Source: an uncultured Phycisphaeraceae bacterium
Lineage (GTDB): Bacteria > Planctomycetota > Phycisphaerae > Phycisphaerales > UBA1924
NCBI GenBank assembly: GCA_964496975.1
Contig: CAZCBN010000001.1
Span: 57,678 to 121,677 of the forward strand
Direction of reading: 5' to 3'
Length of the DNA stretch: 64,000 nt
The position numbers and the translations under genes are program-made. The notes under the pieces were generated by a model, which worked only from the letters and a program-made list of their open reading frames with translations, was not told the origin of the DNA and did not search any database. This document shows, piece after piece, positions 30,516-38,891 of this stretch (position 1 is the stretch's first letter; every line of letters starts with the position of its first letter).

Positions 30516-31777
30516 ACCGTCGCGACTTTCTTGGCATCGCCGCCGGCGCCGGCGCGCTGGCCCTCACGCCGGAATGGCTGCGCGCCGTCCAACCGGCCGG
30601 CCGTTCACTGCTCGAGCGGGCGATTCCCTCCTCCGGCGAGCGGTTGCCGGTGATCGGCCTGTCATTCTCCAACCACCCGTCATGCGCGGATCACGCGGCG
30701 CTGAGGGAGGTGCTGCGGACCATGGTCGACAACGGCGGCCGGGTGTTCGACGCGATGCACGGCAACGCGGCGGCCGAACAGTTCCACGCACGCGTGGCCA
30801 CCGAACTCGGCGTGCAGCACAAGGTGTTCTGGTCGACGCGGGGACTCCCCGGCGGCCCGCTGCCCTCGGGCGACGCGCCGGTGAAGGCGCACATCGACAC
30901 GTGGCTGGCGAGAATCACGGCGCCCAGACTCGACCTGGTGATGCTGCCGCCGCAGAACCCGGCGTGGCTCGCCGCGCTGAAGGCGGAGAAACAGGCGGGG
31001 CGCGTCCGCTACATCGGCGTGCAGGTGATCGTCGACAACCGCTTCCCCGAGCTCGAGTCGGTGATGCGCAACGAGCCCATCGACTTCATCGGCGTCAACT
31101 ACGACATCGGCAGCCGTGGCGCCGAGGAGAAGATCCTGCCGCTCGCGCTGGAGCGCAAGATCGCCGTGATGGCATTTTTCCCGTTCAGCAACAATGGCGG
31201 CGTGAGCTGCGGCAGCGGCGCCAACCTGTTTGCGCGCGTCGGGACGCGCCCCCTTCCGGAGTGGGCCGCCGAGTTCGACGCAAAGACGTGGGCGCAGTTC
31301 TTCCTCAAGTACGTCATCAGCCACCCGGCCATCACCGTGGCGCGGGTCGGGACGACCAAGCCGGCCCACATGCTCGACAACATCGGCGGCGGCATCGGCC
31401 GGTTGCCGGACCAGGCGACACGGGCGCGCATGGCGGCGCTCATCGACGCGTTGCCGCCGGTCACCATCAAGGGCGTGGCGCCGACACAGTCGGCCCACGG
31501 CCCGGCGGGGTCGCTGCTGCTGGCGCCGGCCATCCTCGATCGCTACGTCGGCGAGTACAGGACCGCGAGCGGCGGTGTCCTCACCTTCCGTCGCTACGGC
31601 ACGATGCTGGTGGCGAAAGTGGGGCCCAATCCGGACACGGTGATCTACGGACGCACGGAAACCCGCTTTCAATTCGGCCCGAACCTGATCGACTTTCAGC
31701 TCGACAGCAGCGGCCAGGCGAGTGGACTCATCTATGAGCAGGGCGGCCGGCAGATCACGGCCACGCGCGTCCGCTGA
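30512..31777 (+). CDS. Paralogous Tat-signal aldo/keto-reductase-like protein with the same C-terminal domain
   Basis: The start overlaps the upstream stop (ATGA). MNRRDFLGIAAGAGALALTP, and collinear similarity to the preceding gene (GRVRYIGV, ILPLALERKIAVMAFFPF, TWAQFFLKYVISHPAI). C-terminal LDRYVGEYRT..FRRYGTMLV. Confidence 0.75.
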   Translation: MNRRDFLGIAAGAGALALTPEWLRAVQPAGRSLLERAIPSSGERLPVIGLSFSNHPSCADHAALREVLRTMVDNGGRVFDAMHGNAAAEQFHARVATELGVQHKVFWSTRGLPGGPLPSGDAPVKAHIDTWLARITAPRLDLVMLPPQNPAWLAALKAEKQAGRVRYIGVQVIVDNRFPELESVMRNEPIDFIGVNYDIGSRGAEEKILPLALERKIAVMAFFPFSNNGGVSCGSGANLFARVGTRPLPEWAAEFDAKTWAQFFLKYVISHPAITVARVGTTKPAHMLDNIGGGIGRLPDQATRARMAALIDALPPVTIKGVAPTQSAHGPAGSLLLAPAILDRYVGEYRTASGGVLTFRRYGTMLVAKVGPNPDTVIYGRTETRFQFGPNLIDFQLDSSGQASGLIYEQGGRQITATRVR

Positions 31778-31791
31778 GGAAAGGACCTCAC

Positions 31792-32433
31792 ATGATCAGC
31801 GCCCTCCTCTTCGCTCTCGCCGCCGGGGCTCCTGCCGCGCCTCCACAGGCGCCAGTGCAGGTGCCCAGGCCGGTGCTCGAGCGGTATACGGGTGAGTACG
31901 ACCAGAATGGGGAGACCATCCGGATCGTGCTGCGCGACGACACGTTGTACCGGGAGACGGCGGGACAGCGGGCGGCCCTGGTGCCCATCTCCGCGACCCT
32001 GTTTCACCTGGGGCCGGTCTTCACGGCGGAGTTCGTGACCGACCAGGCCGGTGCCACGACGCTCATCCTGAGCGACGGCGTCGACATCGAATACCGACTC
32101 CCCCGCAAAGGCACCCGCACCGCGCCCCCGCCGCCCCTGCCGGCCGCCGCCGTGCAGGTGCCACGGTCGGTGCTCGAGCGGTACGTCGGCACGTACGAGT
32201 TCCTCCCGGGGCAGATGGGCCGGACCGACCTCAGGGTCAGGGTCCGCCTCAAGGGCAACACGTTGATCCGGGAGATGGGACACGAGGCCGTCCTCACGCC
32301 GATCTCCGAGACCCAGTTCAGAGTGGGCCACACGCGACTGCTGGTGGAGTTCGTGGTCGACGACGCGGGCGTCACCCAGGTCATGGGCTCCGGCTTCCAG
32401 CAGATGCTCGCCCGCCTCACGCCGAAGCGCTGA
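31792..32433 (+). CDS. Secreted protein made of two copies of the DUF3471-like domain
   Basis: Two repeats start VQVPRPVLERYTGEYD and VQVPRSVLERYVGTYE. This is the same module as the C-termini of the two preceding genes. Confidence 0.6.
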   Translation: MISALLFALAAGAPAAPPQAPVQVPRPVLERYTGEYDQNGETIRIVLRDDTLYRETAGQRAALVPISATLFHLGPVFTAEFVTDQAGATTLILSDGVDIEYRLPRKGTRTAPPPPLPAAAVQVPRSVLERYVGTYEFLPGQMGRTDLRVRVRLKGNTLIREMGHEAVLTPISETQFRVGHTRLLVEFVVDDAGVTQVMGSGFQQMLARLTPKR

Positions 32434-32451
32434 GGGTCAGGCTCCCGCGCG

Positions 32452-33702
32452 ATGCGACTGCGCCCCACCGTCCTCCTCGTCGTCACGGCCATCGGCGCGG
32501 TCGCCGCCGCCTCCGGCGTGCGGGCGCAGACAGCAACGGCCGCATCCGGCACCGACTGGCCGCAGTGGCGCGGGCCGACCCGTGATGGCATGACGCCCTC
32601 CGCCCTGCCGGCTGAGTGGCCCGTGGCGCTGAAGAAACGCTGGGCCGTCCAGGTCGGCGCCGGGCATTCGGCGCCGGTGGTGTCGGGTGACCGCGTCGTC
32701 GTCATCGCGCGTGAGAGCGATGAGGAAATCGTTCGCGCCCTCGATCTGGCGACAGGGCACGAGCACTGGCGCGCGGCGTATCCCGCGCCATACACCGTCA
32801 ATTCGGCGGCGTCGCTGCACGGTCCGGGCCCGAAGTCGACGCCGGCGATCGCCAACGGCCGCGTGTTCACCCTCGGTGTGAGAGGCATCCTCTCGGCGTT
32901 CGATCTTGCGAGCGGACGGCTGCTCTGGCGCATCCCGGCGCCCGGCGTGTTGCCCGAGTACGGAACGGCCACCTCCCCCCTGGTGGACGGCGACACCGTC
33001 ATCGCCCACGTCGGCGGCTATCACGCCGGCGCGCTCACGTCATTCGACGCGGCGACCGGGACCCCGCGCTGGCAGTGGACCGGCGACGGCCCTGCGTACG
33101 GCTCACCGATCATCACGACGTTTGGCGGCGTCCGCCAGGTAATCGCCCAGACGCAGCAGTTCGTGGTGGGACTGGATTCATCCACGGGCGCGTTGTTGTG
33201 GCAGATTCCGTTCACGACAGACTTCGACCAGAACGCATTCACGCCGGTGGTCCATCAGGACCTGCTGATCGTCTCCGGCATCGACTGGCCCCTCACCGCC
33301 CTTCGCCCCACTTCCACCGGCGGCACCTGGGTCGTCGAGACGGCCTGGTCCAATCCGCCGGCCTCGATGTTCATGAGTTCGCCGGTGGTCATCGGCGGGA
33401 CGATCTACGGGCTGACGACGCGGAACAAGGGACAGTTCGCGGCCATCGACGCGCGCAGCGGCCAGACACGCTGGACCACCCAGGGCCGCGAGGGCGAGAA
33501 CGCGTCGATGCTGGGCAGCCCGTCGTGGCTGATGGCCTCGACCACGGACGGCGCGTTCGTCGTCGCGCGCGCGAATCCTCTGAAGTACGAGGAGGTCCGT
33601 CGTTATCAGATTGCCGATTCCGCGCTCTGGGCGCATCCGGCCATCAGCGGCCGCCGGCTCCTGGTCAAGGACGTCGACACGCTGATCTGCTGGGAGTTCT
33701 GA
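32452..33702 (+). CDS. Secreted PQQ-like/BamB-like beta-propeller repeat protein
   Basis: Signal MRLRPTVLLVVTAIGAVAAASGVRAQ, then DWPQWRGPTRDGM and repeated propeller blades (..G.LLW.., ..GTPRWQW.., ..GQTRWTT..). Confidence 0.75.
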   Translation: MRLRPTVLLVVTAIGAVAAASGVRAQTATAASGTDWPQWRGPTRDGMTPSALPAEWPVALKKRWAVQVGAGHSAPVVSGDRVVVIARESDEEIVRALDLATGHEHWRAAYPAPYTVNSAASLHGPGPKSTPAIANGRVFTLGVRGILSAFDLASGRLLWRIPAPGVLPEYGTATSPLVDGDTVIAHVGGYHAGALTSFDAATGTPRWQWTGDGPAYGSPIITTFGGVRQVIAQTQQFVVGLDSSTGALLWQIPFTTDFDQNAFTPVVHQDLLIVSGIDWPLTALRPTSTGGTWVVETAWSNPPASMFMSSPVVIGGTIYGLTTRNKGQFAAIDARSGQTRWTTQGREGENASMLGSPSWLMASTTDGAFVVARANPLKYEEVRRYQIADSALWAHPAISGRRLLVKDVDTLICWEF

Positions 33703-33721
33703 CCCGCGGCTCACCCCTCCG

Positions 33722-36388
33722 TCAGTCGCGGCGCAGCGCCTGCATCGGATCCACGACGGCCGCGCGTCGCGCGGGGATCCACGCCGCCAGCGCGCAGGCG
33801 ACCACAATCAGCCCGACGCTGGCGAGATACGCGACCGGGTCGGCGACCTGGACGATGCCGGCGATCAGCGCGCCGGCCTCGGTCGCCAGCACGAGGCTCG
33901 CCAACGCGGCCGCCAGGCCCGCTCCACCCACCAGCCCCAGCGCCACCGGCCAGCCGGTTTGCCCCACCATCAACCCCGTGACGTTCCGGGTGGAGGCCCC
34001 CAGGGCGATTCGCACCGCGACCTCACGCGTGCGCTGCTCCACCAAGTACGACAACACACTGAAGAGCCCCGACACGGTGAGCAGCAAGGCGAGTCCACCC
34101 AGGACGACCGACACCGAGAAGGCCACGTTCAGGAAGAAGGTCTCGAGCCGCGCGACCGTCCTCATGGTGAGGATCTGTCCCATGTTCGGATCGACTTGCG
34201 TCAGTGTCTCGAGCAGCGACTGCCGCGCCTGGTCGACCTCGCCCCTGACGCGCGCCACCAGGAACGTGTCGGGCTGCCCGTGCGGCGGTGGCAGGAAGAC
34301 GCCGGCCTCTTTCACGTCGGTGACGCGGAACCCGGCCACGTCCTTCGCGATCCCGACCACGCGGACGGTGCGGGGCGTCAGGGCCGGCTGACCGTCACCC
34401 GCGCCGGGGTTGATCGTGAGAAACGCCGACCGCTGTTCCGCGACGGCATCGGGTTCGATTGTGAACGTCTGTCCGACGCCGTCCCGCCCGGGCCACAACG
34501 CCTGCGCCGTCGACTCGGACACGATCGCCACCGCCGACTCTTCACGCTCCGACGCCGTGAACGCCCGCCCCCGCACGATTGGCACACCAAGCACATCGAA
34601 GTACTGCGCGGACACGTGCCGATACGACACCGGCACTTTCCCCGCGCCGGCATCGCCGAGGGCGCGCGGCGGCATGGCCAGCAGCGGCGGCTGCATCGCG
34701 GCGAACCCGGACACCGCCGGATCACGTTCAATCGCCCGCAACACCGCGTCACGGGTATGGTCATTGGTGACGTCGATCAGCAGCGTATCCGCCGTGCGAA
34801 AGCCGGGATCAAACTGCGACGACGCCAGGGCGCTGCGCAGGAAGATGGCGGAACAGATCAGCAGCAGCGCCGACGCGAAGACCTGCAGGCCAATCAGCAG
34901 ATTGCGCGCCCGTCCCGGTCGCGCATCGCGCACCACTTCGCCGCGGAGGGTGCGCACCGGTTCGATGCGCGTCGCTTGCAGCGCAGGCACGAGGGCGAAC
35001 AACGCGGTCGCCACCACAGCCCCGACCACCAGAAACACGACCACACGCCAGTCGGCTGCGGGCACACTCAGGTTGACATTCCCGAGGTCGCGCGGCACGG
35101 TGCGCAGGGCCCACGCCACCATGCCCGTGAGGGCGAGGCGCGAGACCACATACCCTCCGGCCGCCGCGGCAAGCGCCAGCACCATGCTCTCGGTCAGCAG
35201 CTGCCGCACGATGCGGCGACGCGAGGCGCCAATCGACAGGCGGATCCCGAGTTCGCGCTGCCGCGCGACGCCGCGGGCCAGCAGCAGGTTCGCCACGTTG
35301 GCGCAGCCAATCAGCAGAATCAGCCCGAACGCGACGAACAACGGCGCTGACACGGCGAGCGCTTCCAACTGCTCGGGCATCGTGCCCTGGTGCGGTAACA
35401 GGGTCACACGGACGGGCGGGCCGGACGCCGCGGACGTGTGCGCGTGCCACGCCGCCAGTTGCGCCTCGGCCTGCTCCCTCGTGACGCCTGGCGCCACGCG
35501 CCCGACGACGGTGACGCCCACGCGCTCCTCGGCGCCGCGCGCCGCCGGTTCGAAATCGGCGACCCGCGCCAGCGGCGCCCAGAGGTCCGGCGCGCTGACC
35601 TCGAGTCCCCGGAACCCTTCCGGCATGATGCCGACAATCGTGTACGGCTCGCCCCCGACGAGGACCGTCCGGCCAAGGGCCGCCGGTTCACGATTGAAGT
35701 GGCGCTGCCATCCCTGGTCGCTCAAGACCACCACACGATTCCCGCCACCGCGCTCATCGTCGGCCCCGGTGAAGCCGCGGCCGACGCGGGGGTGGACGTC
35801 GACCACATGGAAGAAGTCCGCGGATACGAGACTGACGGCCATGATTCGTCCGTCGATCCGGAGGTCGATCCCGGTCACCGTCGCATAGGCCCCGGCAAAC
35901 ACCGTGGTCTCCGCGCGCAGGGCCTCGACGTATCGGCGCGTGAACGCCGCAGGCGCCCCGGGGGCCTGACCGGTTCGTGCCACGGCATACATGTCGGTCA
36001 CGCGCGGCACACGGTCGGCGCTCCACAGGAGGGCGTTGAGGCCCGTGAAGACGACCGCCACGGCGCCCAGACCCAGCGCCACCGTGCCGACCACCGTCAG
36101 GGCCGGCAGCGGCGCCCGTCTGAACGTGCGGAAGGCGTACCGCAGGTCGGCCAGGGTGCCGTCGATGAACGCCGTCCCGCGTTCGTCGCGGCAGGCATCG
36201 GCCGCCACGGTCGCAGAGCCGAAGTTGGCGCGCGCCTTCGCCCAGGCGTCCTTGGGTGACAGCCCTTGAGTAATCAGATGCGAGGCCTCACGCTCGATGT
36301 GAAAGGACAGTTCCTCCGCCAGATCCCGTTCGGTGCGGCGAGGTCTGACGAGGGCCCGGAGACGCAGCATCCAGTCGCGAAGATTCAT
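33722..36388 (-). CDS. Duplicated FtsX/MacB-type ABC transporter permease (ADOP-type), second copy
   Basis: 888 aa. N-terminus MNLRDWMLRLRALVRPRRTERDLAEELSFHIEREASHLITQGLSPKDAWAKARANFG. RELGIRLSIGA and REVAVRIALGA occur in the two FtsX halves. Confidence 0.85.
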   Translation of the reverse strand: MNLRDWMLRLRALVRPRRTERDLAEELSFHIEREASHLITQGLSPKDAWAKARANFGSATVAADACRDERGTAFIDGTLADLRYAFRTFRRAPLPALTVVGTVALGLGAVAVVFTGLNALLWSADRVPRVTDMYAVARTGQAPGAPAAFTRRYVEALRAETTVFAGAYATVTGIDLRIDGRIMAVSLVSADFFHVVDVHPRVGRGFTGADDERGGGNRVVVLSDQGWQRHFNREPAALGRTVLVGGEPYTIVGIMPEGFRGLEVSAPDLWAPLARVADFEPAARGAEERVGVTVVGRVAPGVTREQAEAQLAAWHAHTSAASGPPVRVTLLPHQGTMPEQLEALAVSAPLFVAFGLILLIGCANVANLLLARGVARQRELGIRLSIGASRRRIVRQLLTESMVLALAAAAGGYVVSRLALTGMVAWALRTVPRDLGNVNLSVPAADWRVVVFLVVGAVVATALFALVPALQATRIEPVRTLRGEVVRDARPGRARNLLIGLQVFASALLLICSAIFLRSALASSQFDPGFRTADTLLIDVTNDHTRDAVLRAIERDPAVSGFAAMQPPLLAMPPRALGDAGAGKVPVSYRHVSAQYFDVLGVPIVRGRAFTASEREESAVAIVSESTAQALWPGRDGVGQTFTIEPDAVAEQRSAFLTINPGAGDGQPALTPRTVRVVGIAKDVAGFRVTDVKEAGVFLPPPHGQPDTFLVARVRGEVDQARQSLLETLTQVDPNMGQILTMRTVARLETFFLNVAFSVSVVLGGLALLLTVSGLFSVLSYLVEQRTREVAVRIALGASTRNVTGLMVGQTGWPVALGLVGGAGLAAALASLVLATEAGALIAGIVQVADPVAYLASVGLIVVACALAAWIPARRAAVVDPMQALRRD

Positions 36389-36392
36389 GGCG

Positions 36393-36725
36393 TCAGGCCA
36401 GCGTCAATACACGCCCGATGGCGTGCTGCATCCGATCCCATTCGCGGGTTTCAATCGCCAGTTGCTTGCGCCCTGACGCCGTGAGGCGGTAATACTTCGC
36501 CCGCCGCCCCAACTCCGAGACTTTCCATTCGGCCTCCACCCAGCCCTGATGCTCCAGGCGATGCAGGGCGGGATAGAGCGACCCCTGGTTGATCTGGAGC
36601 ACGTCTTCGGACACCTGCTGGATGCGCGCCGAGATGGCCCAGCCGTGCAGCGGGTCGTTCTGCAGGGCGCGCAGGATGAGCAGATGCAGGGTGCCGGGCA
36701 GCAGGTCTGGGACGCGTGGGGCCAT
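36393..36725 (-). CDS. PadR-family transcriptional regulator, second copy
   Basis: GTLHLLILRALQNDPLHGWAISARIQQVSEDVLQINQGSLYPALHRLEHQGWV. Ends 4 nt before the permease start. Confidence 0.85.
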   Translation of the reverse strand: MAPRVPDLLPGTLHLLILRALQNDPLHGWAISARIQQVSEDVLQINQGSLYPALHRLEHQGWVEAEWKVSELGRRAKYYRLTASGRKQLAIETREWDRMQHAIGRVLTLA

Positions 36726-36747
36726 TGGTGTCGGTAGACGACACCAA
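36725..36747. promoter_or_regulatory. Perfect 9-N5-9 inverted repeat overlapping the PadR start codon (putative operator)
   Basis: TTGGTGTCG-gtaga-CGACACCAA. The first T is the complement of the A of the ATG at 36725. Confidence 0.5.
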
Positions 36748-36793
36748 CGCGGGAATGGTTCGCTGACGCCTGACACGCGATAATGTCGACCGC

Positions 36794-37723
36794 GTGCCGG
36801 TGGCCTTCCGACGTCTCTTCGTCCTGCTGGTGTCCGCGGCGGTCGCCGCGTGTGGTGGATCTTCCCCGCCGACGGCACCGGCGGCACCGACGGCGCCCAC
36901 TCCGGCCGCGTGCGCGGGCACGGCGGGGATCGCCTGCTTCGGCACGTTTAATTACGTCGAGTACGTGCCGGGTGACTATCCCCTGGTCGTGTCGGTGCCA
37001 CACGGGGGCGCCCTCACACCCGCCACGATTCCCGACCGGACGGTGGGCGTCACCGCGACCGACACGAACACGATTGAGCTGGGCCGCGCGGTATCGCAGG
37101 CGTTCGCCACCCGAACCGGGCGCGCGCCTCACCTGGTGATCGTGCACCTGAGGCGCACCAAGCTTGACGCCAATCGCGAGGTGGTGGAGGCGGCGCAGGG
37201 CAACGCCGACGCCATCCGCGCGTGGCAGGAATACCACGGGTTCATCGAGCAGGCGATCGCGGCGGTGCGTCAGCGCAGCGGCACCGGGCTGTACGTCGAC
37301 CTGCACGGTCACGGTCACGCCAAGGCGCGCCTGGAACTGGGCTACCTGCTGTCGGCCGACACGCTGAATGGGTCGGACGCCCAGTTGAACGCGGCCGGCG
37401 CGGCCGCCGCCAGCAGCCTCCGGCTGATCGCGCTGCAGTCTCCCCTGTCAGCCGCGGCGCTCATTCGCGGCCCCTCGAGCCTGGGCGGCCTGCTCGAAGC
37501 CCGCGTCCCCGCGGTCCCGAGCCCGTCCGACCCGGCCCCCGGCAACGACCCCTACTTCAACGGCGGGTACAGCACGAGCCGGCACACCGCGGCGTTGCCA
37601 GGCCTGCAGATCGAGAGCCACTTTGCCGGCGTGCGCGACACCGCGTCGAGCCGCGCGGCGTTCGCCGATGCGCTCGTCACGGCGGTCGTCACGTTCCTGC
37701 AAACCCACACGGGGATCCAGTAG
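36794..37723 (+). CDS. N-formylglutamate amidohydrolase-family lipoprotein
   Basis: Lipobox LLVSAAVAAC. Motifs LVVSVPHGG, TDTNT, KLDANRE and YVDLHGHGH are typical of the FGase fold. Confidence 0.6.
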   Translation: MPVAFRRLFVLLVSAAVAACGGSSPPTAPAAPTAPTPAACAGTAGIACFGTFNYVEYVPGDYPLVVSVPHGGALTPATIPDRTVGVTATDTNTIELGRAVSQAFATRTGRAPHLVIVHLRRTKLDANREVVEAAQGNADAIRAWQEYHGFIEQAIAAVRQRSGTGLYVDLHGHGHAKARLELGYLLSADTLNGSDAQLNAAGAAAASSLRLIALQSPLSAAALIRGPSSLGGLLEARVPAVPSPSDPAPGNDPYFNGGYSTSRHTAALPGLQIESHFAGVRDTASSRAAFADALVTAVVTFLQTHTGIQ

Positions 37724-37798
37724 CGCCCGGGCCGTCACGGTTCGGATAACATGGCGCGTCCGGGCCGGCGCGGCACGCGCGGCTCACAGCAATGGGAG

Positions 37799-38236
37799 AT
37801 GGCAATGGACCGACGACTGGCGTGGATGGCAACCGTGGGCGTGGCGGTGGTGGTGAGTGCAGGCGTGATCAGAGCGGCCGAGAAGCCGTCGCCTGAACAT
37901 GTCGCGGCGATGAAGGTGTTTAATTCCTCGAACGGCAAGCTGCGCCCGCTGCTCGCGGCCGAGACGAAGGATTTTGCCGCCATCGGGACCGTGGCCGCCG
38001 AGTGGAAGGCGTCGGCCGAGTGGATTGCCAAGTTCTGGGGCGCGCGCAACGCCGAGGTCGGGACGAAAGTCTCGGCGGAGGTGAACAAGGCCCTCACCGA
38101 TCTGGCCGCTGCGGCCAAGGCGAACGATGCCGCCGCAGTGACGGCCGCCGGCGCCGTATTGTCGGGCAGCTGCCGCACCTGCCATACGGCACACCGCACC
38201 GACCGGCTGCCTGACGGCACCTACGAAATCAAGTAA
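37799..38236 (+). CDS. Cytochrome c' (class II c-type cytochrome)-like protein
   Basis: Signal or anchor MAMDRRLAWMATVGVAVVVSAGVIRA. Helical ~120-aa body with a single C-terminal haem motif CRTCH. Confidence 0.65.
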   Translation: MAMDRRLAWMATVGVAVVVSAGVIRAAEKPSPEHVAAMKVFNSSNGKLRPLLAAETKDFAAIGTVAAEWKASAEWIAKFWGARNAEVGTKVSAEVNKALTDLAAAAKANDAAAVTAAGAVLSGSCRTCHTAHRTDRLPDGTYEIK

Positions 38237-38298
38237 CGCGCGTCGTCGCGCGCTCGCCTGGTGCGCGATGCCGTCCCGGTCTACACTGCTCAGTCGAA

Positions 38299-38868
38299 AT
38301 GCAGGCGCCTGCGGTCGTCAAACCCCACACGCTCCGAGACCTCTGCCCGGTTGACGTCAGCCAGCTCACCCGGCAGGTGGCGCAGCTGTCGGATGCCGTC
38401 TGGACGGCGCTCGATGCGGCCAAAGAAAACAAGTTCGCGGTGCTGGGCCACACCCGGCACATCATCTTCCGGTTCTTCCACCCCGCCGAGGATCCCCGGC
38501 GCTTTGTGTCCCACTCCATCTGGCACGCCTGGCGGGAGTCGCTGATGGCCGTGATGGCGCCGGTCGGGGCCACCTACGGTTACGCCCAGCCGGAATTTCC
38601 CAAGGTCATGCTCGCCAGCCTGCCCCCTGGGGGCGTGATTCACCCGCACACCGATGGTGCGGGCGGCAACCTGCTCACGCACAAGATTCACGTGCCACTC
38701 ACCACCAATCCCGGCGTCACGTTCACGATTCGTGACGAAGTGTTCCACCTGGACGTCGGTCGGGCGTACGAGGTGAACAACATCGCGAGACATGGCGGCG
38801 CCAACCACGGCACCGAGGCGCGGGTGCACCTGATCTTCGAGGTGTTCGATCGCGCAGGTCTGGACTGA
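38299..38868 (+). CDS. Aspartyl/asparaginyl beta-hydroxylase-family (2OG-Fe(II) cupin) protein
   Basis: VIHPHTDGAGGNLLTHKIHVPLTTNPGVTF..YEVNNIARHGGANHG..RVHLIFEV (HxD...H facial-triad arrangement). Confidence 0.7.
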   Translation: MQAPAVVKPHTLRDLCPVDVSQLTRQVAQLSDAVWTALDAAKENKFAVLGHTRHIIFRFFHPAEDPRRFVSHSIWHAWRESLMAVMAPVGATYGYAQPEFPKVMLASLPPGGVIHPHTDGAGGNLLTHKIHVPLTTNPGVTFTIRDEVFHLDVGRAYEVNNIARHGGANHGTEARVHLIFEVFDRAGLD

Positions 38869-38891
38869 CGCGCCTGTTCGTCGTTCACCGA

